A stretch of 64,000 nt of DNA from Azolla caroliniana (lineage: Eukaryota; Plantae; Polypodiophyta), in contig JBHGNT010000014.1 in NCBI GenBank assembly GCA_043228905.1, forward strand, positions 372,001 through 436,000, in the 5' to 3' direction. This document shows positions 1 to 13,600 of this stretch, piece by piece (within the stretch, counting starts at the first letter, position 1; each line of letters begins with the position of its first letter). Position numbers and translations under genes: made by a program. Below the pieces are notes generated by a model. That model saw only the letters and a program-made list of their open reading frames with translations, was not told the DNA's origin and did not search any database.

Positions 1-1096
1 TTCGGCATCCTCTACAAATCAGCCACATCGATTCGACTCGAAGGGTAAACTGATGCCGATTGGGCCATCTACAGAGCCGACGGACGATCTACATCCGGAT
101 TCGTCTTCTCTCTCGGCAGTGGCGCCATATCGTGGAGCAACAAAAAGCAGCTGACAGTGACCACACTGTCGAGCACCAAAGCTTAATACAGGGGCGCATC
201 CATCGCCACATGTGAAGTTGTGTGGCTCAAGAGAATATTGAAGGATCTGGGCGTTCCCATCAAGGATCCAATGCTCCTGCATTGCTACAACATGAGAAGC
301 ATCCTCCTGGCGCGCAACCCTTGAGATGCACAACCATTTCATCCGAGAACATGTCCTGGCTAGAGATATCAACCTACAACATATTAGCATGACGTTGTAG
401 ACGGCCGACATCTTCACGAAGGCACTAGCCTAAGGAGTCGACAAGCTACGACAGTTCGCGACAAACCTCGGTCTCTCGATCACTGACCAACTGAGCTTGA
501 GGGGGGGGTATGAAGGAGATGCCTGACACGATGACATGATGAATTAGGAGCTGCTCGACAGACACCGACGTGAAGGAGTAGCCGAATCGAAGTAGTATTG
601 GCCATCCGAAGCCGAAGCCGATTCAACAGAATCGAAGAGACCAAACCTACTTTTTGGCGAACGGAAGTTATGTTTGAAGGGGCGTGTTGAGAATCAAACT
701 CAAATTCCCTAATGTGGGAACACACTTTATCATACCTAGTGTGTGAACACCCCACCTTCTAATATAGTAACTAGTGTGTCATAGAACCTTAAAGTTCTAT
801 GACATATATTTAGTGTAGTTAAGTCTCCACAACTCTTTAGTAAGTGGTGGTTGTATAGAGAGAAGGTGACTACCTAGTGTGTGAACAACCCACCTTCTAA
901 TATAGTAACTAGTGTGTCATAAAACCTTAAAGTTCTATGACACATATTTAGTGTAGTTAAGTCTCCACCACTCTTTAGTAAGTGTTGGTTGTATAGAGAG
1001 AAGGTGACTACATAAGCACCTCTCTCCTCCTTTGTGCAATGGTTGGTTGTCTTATTCTTGTTAATACAGTTTTTCGGTTTTTTTCAGTATAACTCT

Positions 1097-1167
<71 letters not shown>

Positions 1168-1225
1168 ACTACACATAAACACACATATCCCTTCCGCTGC
1201 ACAAAATCATTCCCGATTCTTTACA
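1..1225 (+). mobile_element. 3' part of a degenerate Ty1/Copia element: RT/RNase H end, PPT and 3' LTR (685-1225)
   Basis: Plus-strand translation gives the motifs TDADWA, STSGFVFSLGSGAISWSNKKQ, ATCEVVWLKRIL and ADIFTK, with stops and frameshifts. PPT GAAGGGGCG precedes TGTTGAGA at 685, and the LTR ends TTTACA at 1225. A related LTR lies in reverse orientation at 22399-22751. Confidence 0.85.
733..1010. repeat. 138-bp tandem duplication inside the LTR
   Basis: TACCTAGTGTGTGAACA...AGAGAAGGTGACTAC starts at 733 and again at 871 with few mismatches. Confidence 0.9.
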
Positions 1226-1429
1226 ATATATATATCTATATAGGTATTTACAAATATAGCCATGCATCGGCTTTAGCCAGCTTACCTCTGGTCCGATTGG
1301 ACGAATTGACTCTTAGCTTGGTCGGCTCTCATACTTGTCTAGCTCACAGCCCGACTAATCGGCATATAACTGGCTCCTCACCGAATAGGCTTTCCTCCCA
1401 TCATGAGGAACCTCTTCTCTACAACAATA

Positions 1430-1970
1430 GCCGAAAGGAAAAATTAGCACATATTAGAGGTAGCAAGGGCAATGATGAACGAAAAGAACCTACCGAAGTC
1501 ATATAGGGCAGAAGCAACAAATATTGTTGTCTATCTCATGAATCAGTGCACAACGTCTAGAGTGCACGACGTAACGCCTCATGAAAAGTATTACGGAAGA
1601 AAGTTGGACCTATCCCACGTCAGGATATTCAGCTTGATTGCATACGTACACATTCCCAATGAAAAGCGACAAAAGTTAGATCCCAAGTTGGAGAAATGTA
1701 TCCTCGTAGGGTACTCACTCGAACAAAAAGGGTATATAAGTGTTATAACCCTTCTACCCGAAAATTTTGAGTGAGTCAGGACATCGTATTCGACGAATCA
1801 ACATCATGGTACGAACCAGAGCTGACTCCACTTGAACTGGTCTCAACCGACCATGAGATAGAAGAGGACAATCAGCTGAGGCATACATTAGAAGAAAGTT
1901 TAATTACGACCAGGTTAAGTGGACCTCAAGAGCCTCTGAGCAATCAAAGCACGTCACGACCAAGTCTGAT
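1430..1970 (+). pseudogene. Copia integrase C-terminal fragment
   Basis: Contains EKNLPKSY.AEA.NIVVYLMNQ, TPHEKYYGRK, KRQKLDPKLEKCILVGYS and SQDIVFDES, with a frameshift. Confidence 0.85.
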
Positions 1971-2094
1971 ATTATTATTATTATTGTTTTGAAAATATAT
2001 CCTCCATTGGTATTAGAATTATAGTGGCCAAATGCCTTATCTACAAAATAGTCCAATATTACATTGTTGGCCCAATTGACATCTGTTTATCCTT

Positions 2095-2982
2095 CTAGCC
2101 GAATAAACACTCCATGTAGAAGATTCCCTGATCCATGGTCCCACTAATGTATCGTAAGACTCTCTTAGCATAATGCAAATGCGTGTCACATTGTATTTGC
2201 ATAAATTGGCTAAGGAGGTTGATCGGGTAGCTAAGGTCAGGTCGAGTGATAGTTAGGTAGATGAGACTCCCAATGATTTGCCGATACTGAGTCGGCTCAC
2301 ATGGTGTGCCAGAGTCCGTGCGCAACTGCGTGTCGCACGGTATTTGCATAGATCGACTAAGGAGGCCGACCAAGTAGCTAAGGTCAGGTCGAGAGATAGT
2401 TAGGCATATGAGATTCCCAATGATTTGTCGATACTGAGTCGGCTCACATGGTGTGCCAGAGTCTGCATGCAATTTCAGATTGCGATCGAGGGGAATCAAT
2501 ATTGGGTTGTGGTCCGTCATGCCGAATTTGATTAGAAGATTCAATATATAGTGGTGTTGGGAGAGCTTGATGCCATTACCAGTTTGGATGACCTCGATTC
2601 CCAAGAAGTAATGAAGCTCGTTTATATCTTTCATCTCGAACTTCCCGAAGAGGAGCATCTTAACCTTGTTGATGTCGGCTAGGTGTTCACCACCAATTAC
2701 GAGGTTGTCGACATATATGATGATGAAGATCAGACCACTTGAGTTTCTTTGGATAAACAAATAATTGTTAGACTTGGACATCTGAAAGCTGATTCGGTGC
2801 ATAAATTGTGTGATCTTTGAAATCCAAGCCCGTGGCGCTTGCTTGAGGCCGTAGAGGGGCTTCTTGAGTCGACATATGACATTTGGATGTGATTTCAACT
2901 CGAAGCTAGGTGGTACTACATGGGTGGTTGCACCACGTACACCTCCTCCTCTCGCTCACCTTGGAGGAATGCATTCTTCACA
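2095..2982 (-). pseudogene. Copia reverse transcriptase fragment with an internal in-frame 147-bp duplication
   Basis: Contains VKNAFLQG, LKKPLYGLKQAPRAW, IYVDNL and YFLGIEV. The segment DSGTPCEPTQYRQIIG.LI.LTI.RPDLSY occurs twice (units start at 2180 and 2327). The fragment is truncated by the adjacent TA/TATG microsatellite. Confidence 0.9.
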
Positions 2983-3105
2983 TGTATATATATACATACA
3001 TGTATGTATGTATATGTATATACATATGTATACATATGTATGTATATATAGATAAGACAGAAGAATGAGATGCATTTTGGCATATACATATGCATACATA
3101 CATAC

Positions 3106-3136
<31 letters not shown>

Positions 3137-3200
3137 TAGAGAAGACAGAAGAAGAAAGAGATGTTTGTGTATGTTATATTATGTATGTATGTATGTAGTA
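2981..3200. repeat. (TA)n/(TATG)n compound microsatellite
   Basis: Directly visible in the sequence. Confidence 0.9.
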
Positions 3201-3377
3201 GAGATTCATTCACATTCTGAGTATCATAAACACACACAAATCCATGGTGGGCGATTTCTTCTTCTGCTTCACCATTCCATAACAGCAGCAGCAAACTCTG
3301 ATAACTAGATATAGAGAAGAACAGACACAGAGCATTTCATCTGTGGGAGCAGAAGAAAGAGCAGGTAGAGAAAGGAA

Positions 3378-3417
<40 letters not shown>

Positions 3418-3421
<4 letters not shown>

Positions 3422-4663
3422 GACAGCTCTTCCAGGAGTACCTGGAGGGCGATCGCGTGTATTGCTGCAGGAATTGCAAGACGCACGCGGCCACACACGA
3501 CCAGATCTTTGCCAAATCCTTCAAAGGAAGATATGGCCCTGCCTACCTCTTCAACACCGTGTCAGTACACCGCCCCCTCTTCCGAATGAATCCCTTGAAA
3601 ACACACGCACGCTCACATCATCTTGAAACAAATACTATATACACAAATCAATTTCGATGTCATTTCTCTTCACACCCGCTTTTTCAAGTCCCTCATGTCA
3701 AGAAACATTGGACTTTCTGAGAATCTTTTCCATTTTTCTTTTTTTTTTCTTTTTTTTTTGGGTTTTATTTTTTTCTTTTTTGTTTCTGGATGCAGAGTGA
3801 ATGTTTGTTTGGGTCCAAAGGAGGAACGCGTGCTAATGACCGGAAGACATACGGTGAATGACATCCATTGCAGCTCTTGCTTCCAGGTCTTGGGATGGAG
3901 ATATGTGAGTTTTGTTTCGGATTTTTCTATTAATGGATAACATATGTTGGTGGATTTCAAAGGGTTAGGATCAAGGAATCAAAATCGAAACTATATTTGT
4001 ATGCGATTGAAGAATCAAATTCACATCTATGTTGTTTGCATTGAGGAACCAAAGTCAAATCTTTACTGTGTTTTAATGGAAATTGGATAGGCATGGATGC
4101 GTCGTTGTCATTGTCATGATCATCAGCATGGACGCACCATCATCTTCATCACACCATAGATATGCATGATTAATCACATTTGAATACTATGGCGGTTCGT
4201 CTTCCATATAGTTTATGCAATATGCTTATTAATACTCTTACACCATAGCATTGCCCTCAATGCTCTTTATTTGTTTTTGCTTGCAAATATGGCATCTCTT
4301 CATCGATATATTTTTTAAAATCAATGGCATACTTTGTTTAGTGTTTGCTTTAAGATGACATGTTTATCGTGCCCTTTGCCCCTTGTTTTTCTTAACACAT
4401 GAAAGTTTCCATGGCGAAACATGTTTTGATTCATTTATGCTTAAAACACTATGCTTTAACATTGTCACAACATACTGTTGTGTGTGTGTGCATAATATCT
4501 TTATATATAGATAGATAGATAATGTTCATTTTCATCTATTCCTGATTAGAGGTCTAAATACAACTATGGTCGTGCTCAGGAAAAAGCATATGAAGAAAAA
4601 GAGAAGTATAAAGAAGGAAAATACATTATGGAAAAGACGAGGATGATCAGAAAGGCATGCTAA
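3418..4663 (+). CDS. YPEL: Yippee-like (YPEL) zinc-binding protein, 111 aa; exons 3418-3560, 3796-3904, 4580-4663
   Basis: Spliced translation [23 protein letters not shown]...[70 protein letters not shown]...* has two CxxC pairs and the Yippee signature. GT-AG phases are consistent. Confidence 0.93.
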
Positions 4664-7600
4664 ACATCGCAGCATGGGCATGCTGCTTCTTCTTTCTCTA
4701 ACTCCATTCAGTAAGTATACTGTCAACTTTACAGTCCATTCTAAATCATATATTTTTTATTTGGAGAGAGAGGTTCTAGGGGAAGGCATAGCACCTTTTG
4801 AAAGGCATAGATATGGTCACTTACACCTGCTCAAGAGACATTGTAACCGTGATGAATAACAAAAGTAATGATGTTCCTTTAAAAGTTTTGTGTACAATCA
4901 AGTGAGAGAGAGAAGGAAATTTGAGAATTTGGTGGCTTCAAAATGTTTGCGGTTATCCACTGTCTTAGATAAACCCTAAAATTTGTTGGCCTATTGAAAT
5001 GCCATGATGATCACAAACTTTCTAGGATTTACTTGGCTGTTCTACTAGTGCCTTGTTGCTGCTGGTACATCCTCGGAATTAGGCATAGGATTGACGCATT
5101 TCTTTGATCGTGAGACTCCAATATAGATAGATTTCATATAAGCGTGCTGTGTATCTAACGATTCAGCTTGATATAAGAGGGGTTCGTTTTCATTATTTAT
5201 CTGCTGTGAGGATTGGAATGTATGTTATGGACTTTATTCTATCCAATCATGTTTCTTTGTATCAAGACGTTGAGTTGCATTTTCTATCCAGAAATATTAG
5301 TCAATTTTTATTGTAATTCTTTTGGAATTATGGGTGGTACAGGATCTTGAGGTTCTGCTTCTCCTCCTTTGGATTACATAAATGGTTGGTTTTCTATGTG
5401 TGAAACATCATAGTTTGGAATCAAGAATGCATGGGCTCTCTCTAGAAGGAAGAGGCTTGAAACTTTCATAGAATGGAGTGAACTTAATGCGTATTATCAT
5501 CATGTATTGCGGTATTATTACCTCGGGTACCAGTCACCTTACGAAGAAAAAGTGAAAAGATCTGTCTCCTTGTATGTTCACTGGTAAAAGCTCTGTATTC
5601 CACAAGCAAACAATGTAGTTCAAAAATTCGCCTTTTAGAATAGATTAGAATAACCAAGATCATATATGAATTTCCTGTTTGGTGACATATGAACTTCAAG
5701 GGTGTGTGTTGTTTGCACGTGCGAAATAATTTGATTGTGATACTGATTTGCATTGAATTTAAAGTAGAGGACTTTGAAATAAGAATATATGTTTAATATC
5801 AACATAATCAATCATCATTCCACTATCTCCACTTATAGATAAATAATCATATTGTTTATTCTCCGAACTTGTTTTCTTTACTTATTTCTAAAAGTAAGAT
5901 TCTGAATGTTCAGTAGAAATGGACACAAGCACCCCAAAGCAGGAATTTAAAAGCGATAAAACGAATAACACATGGTTCTGTTCCTCTTTGAGATGTGACT
6001 AGGAGTATAATACATTGCAAGTCAATGATAGATTGGAAACCTCTTTATGGTTTGGTTGCACGGGTGGAAGCTTTATTTAATTATGACATATCTGTGTTAA
6101 TCAGAACTGATGGGAAAGGATAGCCTTTATACTATTCATAGCGTGCTACTTTAAGACATTTTCACCAATTTGATCATACCAAATGTTAATGGGTTTCGAA
6201 CCTTAAATTAGTAAATTAGTTACACATAAGGTGATTTCTCATGATATGGGTACTATGTCACTCTCAGAATAAAAAACTAGCATGTTAATGCAAGCAATTA
6301 TTGTTTACTCCTAATCCTAAATATATGGCTCTTTGAAGATGAGGATGGAATATTGACTATAGCTTTAGAACATATAATCTAGATATGAAAATGAATTTCA
6401 TACCATGTTTGATGCATAAATTGTGAACACCTACTTAATGATTAGTGTTATGTTAATAGAATTATCTATATGCATTTGACAACTCAAACCGCATCATGGT
6501 TTTCAAGGTTATTTAGCATCATTCACGATCTCAAGTTTTTGAACCATTTCTCGCAAATTATTTGTTGGCAACAAAAGGAAGCCACTCAATCAAAAACCAC
6601 ATTTCATTTCGAAAGTGTTATCAGCCAAAGTTTTGTACCTAATTAATGGGAATAAGTCTTCTTAATACATGTGTTGTTTTGTTATCTTCTCATTAACGTC
6701 CTCATTCCCAACACTCTTTATCATCCTATACGTGGATGATATGTGTAAAAGAATGGTGTGTGCGGAAGCGTAACAGACATAGCCGTATGAACACGAGAGG
6801 TTTAATGGAAGCTTGGATACGACACAATGTATGTAGAAGAGAGAGAGAGTAGAGTAGAACGTAAAACTTAGATTCAAAAAATGACTCTCTGTGTTCCTTT
6901 ATGTACATACTTCGTGCTCAGTGAGCACCTTTTATACAAGCCCTGACTATTGGGCTGACACAAGTACTGACAGTACTTGAGTGCCCATAAATGAGCCTTC
7001 TACACTAACTCCCAAAATTATTGCTTACGAGGAATAACGTTCTAATGGCCTTTCGGTTTACGCACCACTACGGCCATGTTGTGCGTATGGTTTTACGCAC
7101 CCATTTACGCACCCAATGTTGAGCTTGTATCTCAACCCTCCCCCTCAAGCTCAACTTGAGGTTCCATCCGCTCTTCCGGATCTTTGCTCCGGCTTCCCCT
7201 GGCTTTACGCCTCGCTCATGCTCCTCGACCCTTTCGGTCGACTTGTCTACTCATGTGGCCCTTCTTAGCTCTCTTGTTGTTGCGGTATTGGCGCCTCTTC
7301 CGCTGCCCTTTCCTTCGCTTGGCCCTCAGTTGATTCGGCATGTCCGAATTGAACATTTCGATTGAATCGGTCACTACCGAATCGTTTCCGCTCACGTCCG
7401 AATTGGTTGTCTCCAATTCTTCTTCCATCTTCAGGCCCTTTACAACGTCAGACCACATCTTAGTCTTGGCCTTTACGCCCTTCTGGGTTGTATCTCCCCC
7501 TTGTCCGGCTATCTTTGGCTCTTTCTTGCAATTACGGCCCCTGTTTCCTCCTTCGGCTTCTTGAGCCGACCCGAAATCGAATTCTTCATTCGACTCAGCA

Positions 7601-10600
7601 TCGAGGTCACTTCCGCTCCTTTCACGCTCAGATTCTTGTCTCCCCCTCAAGTTCGGCGTGTCGAGGTGACACAACCCAAGCGCACCCGAGAATTGTCATA
7701 ACTTGTCGAAACCCAAGGGCTTGGTGAAGATGTCAGCAATCCGCCGACCCGTCGGAACATACACTACTTCGACTTCACCGGAAAGGACTCGCTCGCGGAC
7801 GAAATGGTAATGCACCTCAATGTGCTTGGTCCGAGCGTGGAATACGGGGTTTTTTGCAAGTTGGATGTTGCTGAGGTTGTCGCAATAGATCGGCGTAGAA
7901 GTGGACACCTCCACATGCAGTTCCTGTAATAGTCGTTTCAGCCAAATGACTTCGCACGTAGCGATAGTCGCCCGTCGATATTCGGCCTCCGTGCTCGACA
8001 GTGCCATTGTTGGTTGCTTCTTACTGCTCCACGCGATCGCTGCACTTCCCAATGAGAATGCATATCCGGATGTGGATCTACGATCGTTGGCATTTCCAGC
8101 TCAATCGGCATCCGTGTAGCCAACTAATTGTTTGGCTATGCCTGCCCGATGTAGCAATGCCATGTCCTTAGTGCCGTTGACATATTGCAATATCCTTTGC
8201 GCGCACTGAAAGTGTTCGGTCATGGGTTGCGACATAAATCGACTGATCAAGACGACCGGGTAACTGAGATCCGGTTGATTGATCGTCAAGTAGATTAGGC
8301 TTCCGACAATCTTTCGGTACCGTGTTGGGTTGCATGCCTTTCCTGAGTTTCGGCGAACCTTTACATTTCTATCCAGAGGGGTTGAGTTGGGCTTACAATC
8401 TGCCATCCCGAACTTAAAGAGCATATTCAACGCGTAGTGACGTTGGCTGATCAATATACCTTCGGGGGTGTGGATCACTTCGATCCCTTGGAAGTAACGA
8501 AGGTCGCTAAGATCCTCATTTCAAACAATGCCGCAAGCTGAGACTTTACGCGGCCGATTTCTTCCAAGGTCAGCACCAGCGATGACTAAATCATCAACAT
8601 AAAGTAAAAGACAAACCCGTCCATGTCGACCTTGCCGAACGAACAACGAAGAGTCTGATCTGGATGTAGTAAACCCCATTCTACGCAATTGTTGTGTAGT
8701 CTTCGCGTTCCAAGCTCGCGGGGCTTGTTTAAGTCCGTATAACACCTTCTTCAATCGGCAAACTGCCGAAGTGTTTTGTTCGGATAGAAATCCGGGGGGA
8801 TGTACCATGTACACCTATTCCTCAAGATCGCCTTGCAGGAACGTATTTTTTACATCCATTTGATGTAAGTGCATCCCCTTCACCACTACTACAGCTAGCA
8901 GAACGCGCACCGTGGTCATCTTCGCGACCGATGCGAACGTCTCGTCATAATCTACGCAATGCTTCTACGCGTAGCCTTTTGCAACCAAACGAGCCTTATA
9001 TCGATTGACAGAGCTGTCGGTGTTGTATTTTACCTTATACACCCATCTGCATTCAATCGGCTTTACACCTTTAGGTGCATTAACAAGATCCCAAGTCTCA
9101 TTATTTGTTAAAGCGTGCATCTCTTCTTCCATTGCGGCACACCAGTTTGCATCTTTCACCGCTTCTGCATAGCTCTCCGGCTCACGCACTTCTGCCACTC
9201 TCGTCATGTACGCATAATGGTGCGCCATGTACTCATTATACCAGTATCTCTTTACGGGGTTCTTTAGACGGGTAGATCGACATAATTCATGATTGGCCGA
9301 TTTCACGGCCTCTTCGGTCGATTTCGACCTCTTCCATGGAGGTTCCTTTTCAATTGTCCCCATGTTAGATTCACTCCGATCTGACTTGGCACTTCCGAAC
9401 TTGTACTCCAACATCTTCTTCTTCCCTTTTTCTTTACGCGTAAACCGTCTTCTCAATTCCTTACGCGGGGAATGCACGACCGACTCTCCACTACTCGTCG
9501 ACTCTATGTCTTACTGGTCATGCCGACTCAGTCGCTCATTCGGCCCACTTAGCCGAAATGAGATGGGACTCTTTCTAAGAGTTCCGACTTCCTCATTACG
9601 CGGAGGCATCTCAACCTCGTTGGCCTCTTCTTCAGAATTCGGAATGGAGTCGTCAGGGATTGGAGTCGAGGGCAAGTACCACGACGCTGACTCGTCGAAC
9701 ACAACGTCACGACTTACGCGAGCTTGTTTGGTTCAGGGGTTATAAAACTTATATCCCTTATGTTCATCCGAGTAGCCAACCAATATGCACTTTTTGGCCT
9801 TCGCATCTAACTTCCTTCTTTTCTCATTCGGCACATGCACATACGCAATGATGCCGAAAATCCTCAAGTGCTCCAAGTTCAGCTTTTTGCTAAAATACAG
9901 CTCATGTGGTGACACTCCTCCATTGGCAGAAGTCTAATTCTGCAAGTAAATAGCCGTCCTTATGGCTTCAACCCAGCAAAATTTCGGCATATGCTTCTCT
10001 TCAAGCATTGCCCTAGCAGCTTCTTCGATCGTTCGATTCTTCTGCTCGGCCACGTCGTTCTGCTACGGCGTGTATCTACGTGAGAATTCGCGTTGAATCC
10101 TTTCCTTCTATAGATAACTTGTGAACTATTCGAAGAAGTACTCCTTCCCGCCATCGAACCGTAGACACTAGATCTTACGCCCAGTTTCCCTTTCCGTAAG
10201 GCTCTTCACCTTCAGGAACCATGCGAAGACTTCGCTCTTTTTCACGATCAAGCACGCCCAGGTGTGCTGACTGAAGTCATCGATGAAGGTTACGAAGTAA
10301 CGGCTTCCTCCGATGCTCACGTTCTATGCCGGTCCCCACACATCTAAATGGATTGCGTTGAGCGGATTTCGACTCCGATTACGCTCGTTGGGGAACGGAA
10401 GTCGGTGTTGCTTCCCGAGTTGATAGGCTTTGCAGACTTGACCATTTCGACCGTGAAATTTCGGCAATCCGAACACAATATTCTTTGTCTGCATTTCACG
10501 AAGCCGCGGAAACTTGACATGGCCGAACCGCTTATGCCACAGGTCGATATCTGATTCGACCTTTTGTCCTTTCACGAACAACGCGGTTCCGGCTTGATTG

Positions 10601-10630
10601 GCATCAAGGATAAACATCCTCCCTTCACGG

Positions 10631-13600
10631 TGTCGAGCCCTTCGGCTCCGGATCATTGCGTGAGTCGGGTGGGAACCGCCGAGGTTTTTGACTAGGAGGA
10701 AGAGGAATACAACTTAAGGCTAGTTATGAATAGTGGAAAGAGAAGTAAGATATCAATCTCGTGACTCCCACGAGTTTAGTGTAATTAAAACAATATTTAG
10801 ATTATAAGAGCAATTAGATGGCAAAATTCGTGAATCCCACGAATATATTAGATTGATCAATCCTTGTATATTAATCAACAACCATCTACATATTTCTCTC
10901 CTCCTTATATAAAGATGGAAGAGGCTAAGCATGGCTTCATGCTTTTTCACCTAAAGTGTCCATGCACACTAAATGTGCATGTGATGCTTTGTCATTTCCT
11001 AAATATAGGGCTCATGCACGCTAGATGTGCATGAGTCACTTTTAATGTCACGTGTAAATAAAATATTCACACTCTAAAGAATACATGATTTTTACCTTTT
11101 AATAAAGGTATGTGTAAATAAAGGTCTTATACGTATTAAATCTATATTTATAACACTAAAGATAAGTTATTACAATGGTAAAGTTGGGGTTTATCTACGT
11201 GGAGGTGCATGGTTTGAATCTTGCCCTATGCACGTGATAAATTCTTTTGATATTTTATTTATCTATCTATATGTATCTAAAATCGGATATATTATTTTAT
11301 GGTTTTCCACGTAGTGTGTGGAATACACTACGACACTCGCCCCCTCCGAACCCGCACATCCTCCAGTATGTGCCGAAGTTCTCGATTCCCCATATCCGTC
11401 TTCACCCAAGGCTTCCTCCGATTCTCCCCTTATGTCGACTATGAGTTGTAATTCACTTTCTTCGCTTCCCGCATCACCGTGGTCTTCGTCCGATTGCTCC
11501 TCGTTGTCGGCCTTGGCTTAGATCACATAGGGTTTGTCGTCGGTCCGCTTCTTGAAAATCTTCACCCGCTTCCCGGCTATAGGCACTCGTAGTATTGTTC
11601 CATCCAACTCGGACAGTCGGTACGTTCCGTTGTCGAAGACTTTCCGAACCTCGTATGGCCCGAACCACCTTTTCGCGAATTTCCGCATCGTTGTATGTTG
11701 ATGGTCCAAACTACTGTCATAGACGATCACCCAGTCTCCTTCAATCCTCCTCGGTCGTAGTCGGTGCTTTGTGTCGAACCGGCTTTTGTTCCTTAATCGT
11801 GCTTCTTGTTGTCGGCGTATTGCTTCCGCTATGTCTGCCAGTCTCCCCTCTAGTTGTCGTATCCGGACCGCTAGTAGTTCTTCCCGGGTCATCTCTTCCT
11901 TCCACGGTAGCACTGTCCATGTTGCGATCGCGGTTTCCGTCGGCATTACCGGTGCTTGTCCGGTCATGAGCTCTGCCGGCATGTAACCGGTTATGGAGCT
12001 ATGCGTCGTCCGATCCGCCCATAGTGCATACGGAAGCATCTGCGGCCAGTCCTTCACCTTTCCATCGCATGCCTTTGCAAGTGCTTTCACGATTGGACTA
12101 TGTCCTCGTTCGATTTTCCCGTTGGCCTCCGGATTGTATGCCGTTGTCAGCGATAACCGAACTCCGTGTTTGGCGAAGAATCCCCTAGCTTTGTCCGAGT
12201 CGAGTTCTCCCCGGTCCGCAATCACTTGTCCTACGCACCCGTACCTACAAAATACTTCCTCCAAAAGAAATTGGCATACCGCGGAACACGTTTTCCTCTG
12301 AAGCGCTCGACCTTCTACTTGATTCGTGAGATCTTCCCGAGCTAATACCAAGTATTTCTTTTGTCCGATCCCGGTCGGCATGGCCACTATGTCAACCATC
12401 CACTTGAAGTTGATTGTCGGTGAGAATGTCGGATGTAACTCATCTCGATGTCGAACCCCGGAGTAGACTTGACATTTCTCGCAGCTTTCCGTGAACTCCG
12501 CGACATCTTTGTACATTTTCTTCCACCAATATTTTTGCTTGATCTTCACAAATGTTGCCCATGTTCCTCGGTGTCCAGCCCAATCAGATTCGTGAAACTC
12601 GGACATTATCCGGTCTTGTTGCTCTTTTGTCCCGACTACTCGAAGTGGTATACCATCCGGTCTTTTCGGCGCCCTCCATATTAATCCGTTTTCCAAGAAG
12701 AACTTTTGGACTTGCCTCTTCTTCCTTCGGATCTCGGCTCTTCTTCCTTTATCGTTTGTTGAATCCTCGGCCTCTTGTAACATCTTTCCGATCATCAAGC
12801 TTTCTCCCTCGTATTCTTCTTCCCGGAATTCTCGGATTACGTTTACTCAGCATATGTGCTCCGACGCGAAGTAGTCTTCGGAAACTTCTTCATTATCCGA
12901 TTCGGTTATGTCGTCTCCGAACCGAGCCCTTGATAACATATCCGCTACCGCGTTGTCCTTCCCCGATATGTGTCGAACCTCCGGATTAAGAGACTTGACA
13001 TATGCAACCCACCTTAGCATAGCTACATCCGGTATCGTACAACACCGCATCATCCCAAGTATCGGAAGACAATCCGTCTCGATCACCACTTCGGCTCCGA
13101 TCAAATAATCCCGATCCGATTTTATCGCCGACACAACTCCCCACAGTTCTCTTTTGACTTGTGCATATCCACGTTGCCTTTTGTTGAGAACCTTTGCTCC
13201 GAATCGGATCGGATACCGCGAACCATCCGAGTCGGCTTGATTGATGACCCACCCGATACCGGTTGGACTTGTATGAACCGTTACTATGATCGGTCGGTCA
13301 TAGCTCGGCTTCTTAAGTGCTTCCGCCCTCCGAGGTGTCTTCTTCAATTTCTTCATGGCTTTGGTGTGTTCCGGTTTCCATTCCAATTTCTTACCTTTCC
13401 GCAACAAGTGGTAGAGCGGGTCCGCTATATGTGCATAGTGCGGAATCCATGCATAGTGCAGTCCTTCCGATATTCCGCACTGTAGCATCTCCGTCTTGTA
13501 GTCCCGAAGATACCGCGACACGTCTTTCCCGTTGAATTGCCCGTTTCATTGCACGAGCCGCTCCACTGATGCCGTTATCTCCGACATCGCGCGTTGTTCT

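Noticed and set aside
1008-1243. ERERER/LSLSLS ORFs (also near 3.3, 34.0, 52.5, 60.8 and 62.9 kb)
   Set aside because: Translations of (GA)n/(CT)n microsatellites.
10753-10950. Identical 65-aa ORF duplicated at 13819-14016
   Set aside because: It lies inside the two LTRs of one element, and there is no coding evidence.
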